Source: Scyliorhinus canicula
Taxonomy: Eukaryota
NCBI RefSeq assembly: GCF_902713615.1
Contig: NC_052146.1
Coordinates: 309,768,335 to 309,832,334 of the forward strand
Reading direction: 5' to 3'
DNA length: 64,000 bases
A model generated the notes under the pieces. That model saw only the letters and a list, made by a program, of their open reading frames with translations, was not told the DNA's origin and made no database searches. Position numbers and translations under genes: made by a program. How positions within the stretch are numbered: the stretch's first letter is position 1; each line of letters opens with the position of its first letter. Below, piece after piece: positions 46,842 to 58,049 of the stretch.

Positions 46842-47804
46842 CTGAGGGAAAATAGAGACATGTTAGAAATTTTGATCGTGTCACACGTGCACAATGAGAG
46901 GTTTATTTGGAAATGTTCTACATTCTAATGATAGCTGTTTATGGGCAAAAGGAGTGCGGTAACTGTTGAAATTCTATTAGGTGATGTCTGGCAGGACCAG
47001 TACTACAGGTTCGTTAGTAGACCCTGCCTGCTGGCTCCGCCCAAGAGGCGGAGTATAAATATGTGTGTTCTCCATGCTGCAGCCATTTTGCCAGCTGCTG
47101 TGGGAGGCCACATATCTTAGAGCAATAAAGCCTCAGTTGTATCCAACTCAAATATTTGCATCAATTTATTGCTCTAAGATTTTCGAAAGATGGTCCTCCA
47201 TATGAAAAATGAAAATTGCTTATTGTCGCGATTAGGCTTCAATGAAGTTACTGTGAAAAGCCCCTAGTCACCACATTCCGGCGCCTGTTCGGGGAGGCTG
47301 TTACGGGAATATCAAACCGGATCGCCTGCAGCTGGATCCGCATTCAAGCGACGCCAAAACGGACTCTCAACATTGGCTAGCTTGTTTCGAGGCGTACATC
47401 AACTCCGCGTCCACCCCTGTCTCGGAGGCTCAGGAGATACAGATCCTGCCCTCAAGGTTGAACTCCAGCGTCATTCCGCTAATCCTGGACATGCCGAACT
47501 ATGCCGAAGCCATGCCGCTTCTCAAGGAGAATTACGCTTAAATCCCACTGATCCGGGATTGTGACTGTCAGGCCGTTACGGCCACTGAACATTCAAATCT
47601 CCTTATGTGGGACGCGTTTGTTACAGGGATTGGGTCGGACCTCATACGCCAGCGACTGTTAGAGGGGCCCACGCTCGTCCTAGTGGAGACCAAGAAACTG
47701 GCGTTCTCCATGACGGTCACCTCGTGCAACGTTCAGGCCTACACACCCAGCCACGCGGCCCACCCCTCCTACACATCGTGGGCCCCACAGACGGCTGCCC
47801 CAGC

Positions 47805-48385
47805 GGGGGCCTTACCCAGCGGGGGCCTTACCCAGCGGGGGGCCCTTACCCAGCGGGGCCGTTACCCAGCGGGGGCCTTACCCAGCGGGCCCTTACCCAG
47901 CGGGGCCCTTACCCAGCGGGGGCCTTACCCAGCGGAGCCCTTACCCAGCGGGGCCCTTACCCAGCGGGGGCCTTACCCAGCGGGGGCCTTACCCAGCGGG
48001 GGCCTTACCCAGCGGGTCCTTACCCTGCGGGGCCCATACCCAGCGGGGCCTTACACAGCGGGGGCTTTACCCAGCGGAGGCCTTACCCAGCGGGGGCCTT
48101 ACCCAGCGGGACCCTTACCCAGCGGGGGCCTTACCCAGCGGGGGCCTTACCCAGCGGGACCCTTACCCAGCGGGGGCCTTACCCAGCGGGGGCCTTACCC
48201 AGCGGCGCCCTTACCCAGAGGGGGGGGCATTACCCAGCAGGGCCCTTACCCAGCGGGGCCCTTACCCAGCGGGACCCTTACCCAGCGGGGCCTTACCCAG
48301 CGGGGCCCTTACCCAGCGGGGGCCTTACCCAGCGGGGCCTTACCCAGCGGGGGCCTTACCCAGCGGGACCCTTACCCTTACCCAG
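47805..48385. repeat. About 15-bp minisatellite inside the Gypsy gag
   Basis: (ccttacccagcgggg)n variants. Confidence 0.95.
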
Positions 48386-50102
48386 CCAATACGTCTGCGC
48401 CACGCACCAGTCAGCAAACCACGGGGTCGCCGATGTTATTTTTTGCAGCCAAGACACCCCCACCAACGGTGCCCGGCCCACGCTGCCCTTTGTAAGGCTT
48501 GCGGCAAGAAGGGGCACTTTGCCGCGGTGTGCCAGGCCTGTCCAGCCGGAACTATCAACCCCACCCCCCTCGTTATGGACAATGGGCGCCGCCATCTTCA
48601 CCTCCCCGGACCAAGCGTGGCCAGTGGGCGCCGCCATCTTCCCCTCCGAGCAACACGTGCGGCCCATGGGCACTGCCAGCGTTCCAGGATCGGGGCCCCC
48701 CGGGCTCCCCATCATCTGACACCAGCGACGACCGCCTACGACTCGCCTCAGTGACCATCGAGCAGCCTCGTCCGCACAAGCTGGTCACCGCATCGACCAG
48801 CGTTAAAGTCAACGGGCACGTGACCTCTTGCCTGCTGGACTCCAGGAGCACGGAGAGCTTCATCCACCCGGTTACGGTAAGGAGCTTCTCCCTCGCGGTA
48901 CACCCCGCCAATCAAAGAATCCCCCTGGCCTCCAGATCCCATTCCGTGGCGATCCGCAGTTACTGTACGGTCACACTCAAGGTCCAGGGCGTAGAATTCA
49001 GCGGCTTCCGTCTCTACATCCTCCCTAACCTCTACGCTGCCCTACTGCGAGGCCTGGAGTTCCAGTGCAACCTCCAGAGCCTAACCCTGAAATTCGGCAG
49101 GCCCCTACCACCCCTCACAGTGTGCGGCCTCGCGACCCTAAAGGTCGATCCACGTTCCCTCTTCGCATATCTAACCTCAGATTGCAAACCCGTTGCCACT
49201 TGGAGCAGATGGTACAGCACCCAGGACAGGATCTTCATCAGGTCCGAGGTCCAGCGGCTGCTTTGGGAAGGTATCATCTAGGCCAGCAACAGCCCCTGGA
49301 GAGCCCAAGTGGTAGTAGTTAAAACTGGGGAGAAACACAGAATGGTCATGGACTACAGCCAGACCATCAATCGGTACACGCAGCTCGACGCGTACCCCCT
49401 CCCTCGCTATGTCTGATATGGTCAATCAGATTGCACAGTACCGGGTCTTCTCAACTGTAGATCTCAAATCCACCTACCACCAGCTCCCCATTTGGAAATT
49501 GGACCGTCCATACACTGCCTTTGAGGCAGATGGCCGCCTCTATCACTTCCTCAGGGTTCCCTTCGGCGTCACCAACGGGGTCTCAGTCTTCCAAAGGGAG
49601 ATGGACCGAATGGTCGACAGTACGGTTTGCAGGCCACCTTCCTATACCGAGACAACATCACCATCTGCGGCCATGATCAGCAGGGCCACAATGCCAACCT
49701 TGCCAAATTTCTCCACACCGCCACTCTCCTCACCTACTACAAGGAGAAGTGCGTGTTTAGTGCGACCCGCTTAGCCATACTCGGCTATGTGGTCCAGAAC
49801 GGAGTTCTGGGGCCCGATCCCGACCGCATGCGCCCCCTCATGGAGCTCCCCATCCCCCACCGACTCAAGGCCCTCAAACGCTGCCTGGAGGTCTTTTCGT
49901 ACTACGCTCAGTGAGTCCCAAACTATCCGGACAAGACCCGCCCACTCATGCAGTCCACCCATTTTCCCCTGATGGCCGAGACACAACGGGCCTTCGCCCG
50001 TATCAGAGCCGGTATTGCCAAGGCCAGGATGCACGCAGTAAACGAGACACTGCCCTTTCAAGTAGAGTGCGACGCATCAGACGTCGCCGTGGCCGCCACC
50101 GT

Positions 50103-50340
50103 CAATCAGGCAGGCAGACCCTGCCCTGGCCGCCACCCTCAATCAGGCAGGCAGACCCTGCCCTGGCCGCCACCCTCAATCAGGCAGGCAGACCCTGCCC
50201 TGGCCGCCACCCTCAATCAGGCAGGCAGACCCTGCCCTGGCCGCCACCCTCAATCAGGCAGGCAGACCCTGCCCTGGCCGCCACCGTCAATCAGGCAGGC
50301 AGACCCTGCCCTGGCCGCCACCCTCAATCAGGCAGGTAGA
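50103..50340. repeat. 37-bp tandem repeat inside the Gypsy RNase H
   Basis: (caatcaggcaggcagaccctgccctggccgccaccct) x6 + partial. Confidence 0.93.
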
Positions 50341-52212
50341 CCCGTGGCATTCTTTTCCCACACCCTTCATGCCTCAGAAATTCGACACTCATCCATCAAG
50401 AAAGAGGCCCAAGCTATCATTGAAGCTGTGCGGCATTGGAGGCATTACCTGGCTGGCAGGAGATTCACTCTCCTCACTGACCAACGGTTGGTAGCCTTCA
50501 TGTTCAATAACACACAGCAAGGCAAGATCAAGAATGATAAGATCTTGAGGTGGAGTATTGAGCTCGCCACCTACAATTACGAGATTTTGTATCGCCCCGG
50601 TGAGCTCAATGAGCCCCCAGACGCCCTATCCCGAGGTACATGTGCCAGCGCACAAGTAGACCGACTCCTGACCCTGCACGACAGCCTTTGTCACTCGGGA
50701 GTCACATGGTTGGACAATATCATAAAGGCCCGCAATCTGCCCTACCCCCTCGAGGAAGTACGGACAATTACCAGGGACTGCCATGTCTGTGCGGAGTGCA
50801 AGCCGCAATTCTACAGGCCGGACCGTGCGTACCTGGTGAAGGCCTCCCGCCCCATTGAACGCCTGAGCATGGATTTCAAAGGGCCCCTCCCCTCCACCAA
50901 CCGTAACACATATTTTCTCAGTGTGGTCGATGAGTACTCCAGATTCCCCTTCGCCATCCCATGCCCCGATATGATGTCTGCCATTGTCATCAAAGCCCTC
51001 AACACAATCTTCGCTCTGTTCGGTTTCCCGGCCTACATCCACAGTGACAGGGGATCCTCCTTTATGAGTGATGAGCTGTGTCAGTTCCTGCTCAGCGGGG
51101 GTATCGCCTCCAGCAGGACGACCAGCTACAACCCCCGGGGAAACGGACAGGTAGAGAGGGAGAACGGGACGGTATGGAGGGCCATCCAAGTGGCCCTACA
51201 GTCCAGGAACCTCCCAGCCTCCCGCTGGCAGGAGGTCCTCCCTGATGCACGGCACTCCATTCGGTCACTACTCTGCACCGTCACTAACAACACACCCCAT
51301 GAACGTCTTTTTCCTTCCCCAGGAAGTCCACATCCGGGGTGTCGCTCCAGACTTGGCTTGCAGTTCCAGGAACCGTCTTGCTCCGTAGGCACGTCCGACT
51401 CCACAAGGCGGACCCGTTGGTGGAAAGGGTACAGTTGCTCAATGCAAACCCCCAGTATGCCTACGTGGCGTACCCCGACGGCCGGCAGGATACTGTCTGC
51501 CTCAGGGACCTGGCACCAGCAGGTTCAACACCCCCCCACCCCCCCAGCCCTGCACCAATCTACCCTCCCCCAGCCCTCCCAGCAGCAACCCCTCCCAGGG
51601 CCATCCGTAGTCCCCTGCCCCACGCCCGAGGATGAAGAAGATTTTGGCACGCTCCCGGAGACACCGGACATCGGATCAGCATCGCATCTCCGACACCACT
51701 ACGTCGCTCACAGCGGCATATCAAGGCCCCGGACCGGTTAAACCTCTAACTGGTCCACTGAACTTCAAAAGACATTTTTTTTTCTCCCTCTGTCAAAGAT
51801 TATAAATGTAAATGTAAAAAGAAAACCATTTGTTGTACATCGTTCTCCACCACCCCCACCGGACTCAATTTTAACAGGGGGTGAATGTGGTAAACGACTG
51901 TTACACTTCTATCAGGTGATGTATGGCAGGATCTGTACTACAGGTTCATTAGCAGTCCCTGCCTGCTGGCTCCGCCCAGTAGGCGGAGTATAAATATGTG
52001 TGTCCTCCATGCTGCAGCCGTTTCGCCAGCTGCTGTGGGAGGCCACACATCTTAGAACAATAAAGCCTCAGTTGTACCCAACTCAAGTCTTTGTGCAATT
52101 GATCGAGCATTAAGGAATTTATTTTACTATATGTCGAAGGAGGAAACTTTGATCATGTGGTGAATGTTGATCACCAGACATATCCCTGTTTGTTGCAGTG
52201 AGAGATATTTAC

Positions 52213-52254
52213 CGTGTACGTTGGGTCAGAATCTGCTGGAGAATCTTTCAAATT
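52213..52254 (-). CDS. Receptor gene B, ITAM exon 1 (distal copy)
   Basis: ttttgtttcAG / GTAAAT, phase 0/0: NLKDSPADSDPTYT. Confidence 0.8.
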
Positions 52255-52769
52255 CTGAAACAAAATGTAAATAGTGAAGATTGGGTTTAGTAGCTGTTGT
52301 GAAAATGAGAGTTTACTAAAACCTGATTATAATGTGTCAGGAATTATAGTCTGGAAAGGTTTATATTTCCATGACGGTGTCCGATTTCTGACACAGTTGA
52401 ATTCAGCAGGAGGTAAAGTACATTACACTCAGAATCTTTCACACAATCTTTCCAGTGCAGAAAGAGGCCCCTCGGCCCATCAGGTCTGTACTGGCCCTCT
52501 GGAAGAACATTAGACTGAGACCCACACCCCTGCCTTATCCCCAGAACATTGCACATTCTCACATTCCAGATAACAATCCAATTCCCTTTTGAATATCTCG
52601 ATTTCACCTCCCTCCACCACCCTCACAGGAAGTTCATTCAACCTCTGGCTCACTTCTTCTCCTTTTGCTCATTATTGTGAATGTGTGCCCTCGAGTTCTT
52701 GATGTACATTTGAATGGGAACAGTTTCTCCTGTACGAATGTATTATCTCCATATTTATTGATGAAAGAA

Positions 52770-54960
52770 AGTTGTGTGGGAGGGTGAGCTGTGAGGAGGA
52801 TGCAGAGATGCTTCAGCAGGATTTGGACAGGCTGAGTGAGTGGGCACATGCATGGCAGATGCAGTATAATGTGGATAAATGTGAGGCTATCCACTTCAGT
52901 AGCAAAAATAGGAAGTCAAATATAATTTGAATGGATATAAATTGGGAAAGGTGGATAATCAGCGAGACCTGGGTGTCCTCGTGCATCAGTCGCTGAAAGT
53001 AAGCGCGCAGGTACAGCCGGCAGTAAAGAAGGCAAATGGTCGGCTGGCCTTCATAGCCAGAGGATTTAAATACAGGAATAGAGATGTTTTACTGGAATTG
53101 TATGGAGAATTGGTGAGGCCACACCTCGAGTATTTTTCTGCAGTTTTGCTGTCCGTATCTGAGGAAAGATGTTCTTGTGGGTATAGAAATCAGGGAGAAG
53201 GAGTGCAATATAATTAAAGAGATTACTGCAGACAGAGAGGAGGTTCTGAGTGGTGTGGCAGGCTCTAAAGTAGATAATTCTCCAGGTAGAAGGACTTTGA
53301 TAAATGTAGAAGGACTTACAAGAGAGGGATCTTGGTAAACGGCAGGACCCTGGGAAGCACCGAGTTTCAGAGGCAATTTGGTGTGCATGTACACCCATCC
53401 CTTAATGTAGCAGTGTAGGTGGATACAGTGGTTAAGAAGGCCTCTGTATACTTGCCTTTATTGTCACAATATGTGGATTTGGTAATGAACATCAAGGGTC
53501 AATGGAATGTTCCGACTCTCGTCACAAAATGGAGGTTTAGAGCAACCATATAAATACCACATTCCTCCTTGACTTCAGAGATAGAGTGAGAGAGTGTGGA
53601 AGGAAGTCAGTCGTGGTAGATGTGAGATTAGTTTAGCTGATAGCACAGTTTAGTCTTGTAGTGTATTCTTTACTTCTCTAATTCCTCAGCAAATGTTTGA
53701 ATCTGATTATGTGTAGTGTAATAAATTAGCTTTGTTTGTTAAACACTGCTGGCTGTTCTTTGTCAACACCACAGCCTTCAAAGAACAAAGAAGAACAAAG
53801 AACAAAACAGCACAGGAACAGGCCCTTCGGCCCTCCAAGCCTGCGCCGACCATGGTACCTGTCTAAACTAAAACCGCCTGCACATACGGAGTTTGTATCC
53901 TTCCATTCCCACCCTATTCATATATTTCTCCAGATTCCCCTTAAATGCCGCTATTGTACCTGCTCCCACCACCTCCCCAGGCAGCGCTTTCCATATATTT
54001 ACCACCCTCTGTGTAAAAAACCTGCCTCGCACATCTGTTCTAAACTTTTTCCCACGTATTTTAAACCTATGCCCCCTAGTACCTGACTCTCCTACCCTGG
54101 GAAAGAGCATCTAACTATCCACTCTGTCCATGCCACTCATAATCTTGTAGACCTCTATCAGGTCGCCACTCAACCTCCATCATTCCAGTGAGAACAGACT
54201 GAGTTTATCTAACCTCTCCTCATAGCTAATGCCCTCCATACCAGGCAACATCCTAGTAAACCGCTTCTGTACCCTCTCCAAAGCATCCACATCCTTATGA
54301 CAGTGTGGCGACCAGAATTGTCCACAATATTCCAAATGAGGTCTAACTGAGGTCCTGTACAGCTGCAACATCATTTTCCATTTTTTATATTCGGAAACCG
54401 GAGCACCCGGATGAAACCCACGCACACACGGAGAGAACATGCCGACTCCGCAAAGACAGTGACCCAACCTGGGAATCGAACCTGGGACCTTCGAGCTGTG
54501 AAGCAATTTTGCTAACCACTATGCTACCGTGCTGCCCTGTATACAAGGATTACTGTCAAGGCCCCAGCAATTTGCTCCCTTGCCTCCCTCAGTATTCTGG
54601 GGTCGATCCCATCAGGCCCTGGGGATTTATCTACTTTAATGCTTTTTAAGATGCCCAACACCTCCTCTTTATTAATATCAACATGACTCAGAATATCTAC
54701 ACTCACTTCCCAATACTTCTCATTCCCCAAATCCTTCTCTTTGTGAATACTGAAGGAAAGTATTAATTTAGTATCTCTCCCATTTCCTCTGGTTCCATAC
54801 ATAGATTCCCTCCAATATCATTGAATGGACCAACCCTTTCTCTGGCTACCCTCTTGCTCTTTACATATGTTGAAAACACCTTGGGATTTTCCTTCACCAT
54901 CCTGAAGAACAATACAAAGAACACAACACCGTCAATACAATACTTGGGACCAATCAGATC
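52770..54960. mobile_element. CR1 fragments on both strands, SINE and LTR-like piece
   Basis: QRDLGV, HLEY, FTQRVV motifs; minus-strand RT pieces. Confidence 0.75.
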
Positions 54961-55040
54961 CCAGAAAGAGGAAACTTTAATCATGTGGTGAATGTTGATC
55001 ACCAGACATATCCCTGTTTGTTGCAGTGAGAGATATTTAC

Positions 55041-55082
55041 CGTGTACGTTGGGTCAGAATCTGCTGGAGAATCTTCCAAATT
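55041..55082 (-). CDS. Receptor gene B, ITAM exon 1 (proximal duplicate)
   Basis: Same splice sites intact, phase 0/0: NLEDSPADSDPTYT. Confidence 0.72.
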
Positions 55083-56941
55083 CTGAAACAAAATGTAAAC
55101 AGTGAAGATTGGGTTTAGCAGCTGTTGCGAAAATGGGAATTTACTAAAACCTGATTATAATATATCAGGGATTATAGTCTGGAAAGGTTTATATTTCCAT
55201 GACGGTGCCCGATTTCTGACACAGTTGAATTCAGCAGGAGGTAAAGTACATTACACTCAGAATCTTTCACACAATCTTTCCAGTGCAGAAAGAGGCCCCT
55301 CGGCCCATCAGGTCTGTACTGGCCCTCTGGAAGAACATTAGACTGAGACCCACACCCCTGCCTTATCCCCGGAACCTTGCACATTCTCACTTTCCAGATA
55401 ACAATCCAATTCCCTTTTGAATATCTCGATTTCACCTCCCTCCACCACCCTCACAGGAAGTTCATTCAACCTCTGGCTCACTTCTTCTCCTTTTGCTCAT
55501 TGTTGTGAATGTGTGCCCTCGAGTTCTTGATGTACGTTTGAGTGGGAACAGTTTCTCCTGTACGAAATGTATTATCTCCATATTTATTGATGAAAGAAAG
55601 TTGGGTCAACCTTTTTTTTTTAGAATTTACAGTGCAGAAGGAGGCCATTCAGCCCATCGAGTCTGCACTGGCTCTTGGAAAGAGCACCCGACCCTATCCC
55701 CATAACCCAGTAACCCCACCCAACACTAAGGGCAATTTTGGACACTAAGGGCAATTTATCATGGCCAATCCACCTAACCTGCACATCTTTGGACTGTGGG
55801 AGGAAACCAGAGCACCCGGAGGAAACCCACGCACACACGGGGAGGATGTGCAGACTCCGCACAGGCAGTGACCCAAGCCGGAATTGAACCTGGGACCCTG
55901 GAGCTGTGAAGCGATTGTGCTATCCACAATGCTACCGTGCTGCCCTACAATGCTACCGTGCTGCCCTTGGCTGCCTCTGGCTCACCTCGTCTCCTTTTGC
56001 TCTGGGGCACTAACAATTGCACACAAAGACTCGAGACATATACAATCGAGGCTGTATTGCTGTGTGATGCTATTCCTCCTGCGGCAGCTGTTGAATAGGA
56101 TCTCAGTGGCTCACACACATATTTATACACAAGCTCCCTGTAGGCGGAGCTAGCCGGCAGGGGCTTACTGGAGGAACCTGTATTACAGGTACAGCCATAC
56201 ATCCCCCTACTGCAAGTATTCATATCTACAGTGGTTATATCACCACATGCTCATTATTGTGAATGTGTGCCCTCTAGTTCTTGATGTACGTTTGAGTGGG
56301 AACAATTTCTCCTGTACCTACCCTGTCCGTTCAGAATGTCCAATTCACCTAATAAGCACGTCTTTTGGGTCTTGTGGGAGGAAACCGGAGCACCCGATGG
56401 AAACCCACGCAGACTCGGGGAGAACGTGCGGACTCCACACATACAGTGACCCAAGTTAGGAATCGAACCGGACTTCCTGTGAGGCAATTGTGCTAACCAC
56501 TGTGCTACCGTGCCGCCCACATGAGGCCCTCATTTCCCTTTCACACATTCCCAATTCCCGCTGGGATACAATGGGAGGGAGAGAGCCTTCCCTATACTGA
56601 GGATGCATTGTGGGTGGCAGTAGAGTTCCCTGAGAGACGAAGAGGTCCAGCACTGCCCACCAGAAGAGAGAATTACAGATGAGTCTTTCCAACCTTTTCC
56701 CAATCCCTCCCAATGAGTGTTGCCGAGGAATATGGAGATAGTTGGGATCAGATCTCCTGCTCTCTCTCTGAATGTCACTGAGTGATGGTCCAATCACATG
56801 GATTGTATTCATTGAGAAAATGCAATGTTGGTGTGTGCAGAGGAAATGGATCTGAAATCACAAACTGACATTGACACCAGCTCCCCCGGTGGGCCCTTTG
56901 CTGTTACACAAAGACAGACAGTAAGAAACAGCCAATCTCAC

Positions 56942-57015
56942 CCATCGGGATCCTGTCCAACGAGGGTATCTGTCACCTGCAGCCTGGCTCTGATCACCAG
57001 CTCTCCCTGATGAAG
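56942..57015 (-). CDS. Receptor gene B, candidate first cytoplasmic exon
   Basis: tttatttcacAG / GTGAGA, phase 1/0, bridging the TM and ITAM exons: (A)SSGRAGDQSQAAGDRYPRWTGSRW. Confidence 0.6.
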
Positions 57016-58049
57016 CTGTGAAATAAATGGTCAAAATCACCATGAAACCAGTGTTATATTGTTGACAACATTACCCTGAATGTTAAACACTTCTGAAAGC
57101 AAAGGTTAGAAAAATGATTGGAACATCAGCCTGATGGGAACAGGAGGAGGCCATTCTGCCCCATCTGCCCGTTCCACCCATTTAATGAGATCATGGTTTA
57201 TCTGTCACCTAACTCCATATCTCTGGCTATTCACCACATCCATTGGATCACAAAAATCTCTGAGGCCCGATCTAACGGAAAGTTTCTCAGTGTGATTTGT
57301 GGTGGGTTTTGGTGGGAGTTTCTCCCTGGCTCTGTCAGTGAGTTCCCCACCGCTATCTAACCCACGGTTAGGGTGGGATTTACCGGCTGGTCACACCGCC
57401 GGGATATTCCAGTCCCACGCTAGCGCATGGGTTTCCCGGCGATGAGGCCGGCATCACACCCTTCATACCCCCCCTCCAGCCTCCTTTCATGGGCATGGCC
57501 CCACTCAGGCCCTGACCCTGGGCAGTGCCACCCGGCCATCCTGAGAGTGCTCCTGCCGGCTTGTCTTTGCCACCCGAGCACCTTGACAGTGCCAGCTTGG
57601 CAGAGATAAGGTGCCAATCAGTCAGTCCCAAAGTGCCCACATTCCAGGGGAAGGGCCAGGGGGGGCACCCTGCACTATTCCTGGCCACCCAGGGATCTCC
57701 AATGGCCAAGGAGCCCCCCCCCCCCCCCACTCCCGCTGGATGCATTCCACCTGGTCCATGTTTGTACCGAATCAGTACCGATTGGTGCCCGGCTAAGGCC
57801 TCCCTGGGGAGACCAGTAGATCCTGAGAGGCTGGGAGATCACGGGTGAGGACTGTCAAGTCAGTTTAAAACTGACTTAAACCTGCACATTGTGGGAGAGA
57901 TTCTGGTCGTGCCACCTCACAGGACTTGTGTAGATCCCACGAGGCGTAGTGGCGGCTGGTAAGCCCTAGGGAGGCCTCAGCCGACATCTACCGGCCACCT
58001 CACACTCCCGGCTGGGAGCGATGTGGCTGATCGATCACACCCTTCATCT

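Larger units (their letters stand above)
46955..52112 (+). mobile_element. Decayed Ty3/Gypsy element; LTRs 46955-47163 and 51886-52112
   Basis: Diverged LTR pair, PPT ttaacagggggtgaa, near-TSD AGGAG/AGGAA; CLLDS protease, VPFGV RT, ECDASD RNase H, MDFKGP..HSDRG..VEREN integrase; stops and frameshifts. Confidence 0.92.
52140..55603. repeat. Direct duplication of about 635 bp (52140-52774 and 54968-55603), each copy containing the 42-nt exon
   Basis: Near-identical copies offset by about 2.83 kb. Confidence 0.95.

Noticed and set aside
47605-48719. 296-aa and 370-aa low-complexity ORFs
   Set aside because: Minisatellite inside a decayed Gypsy gag.
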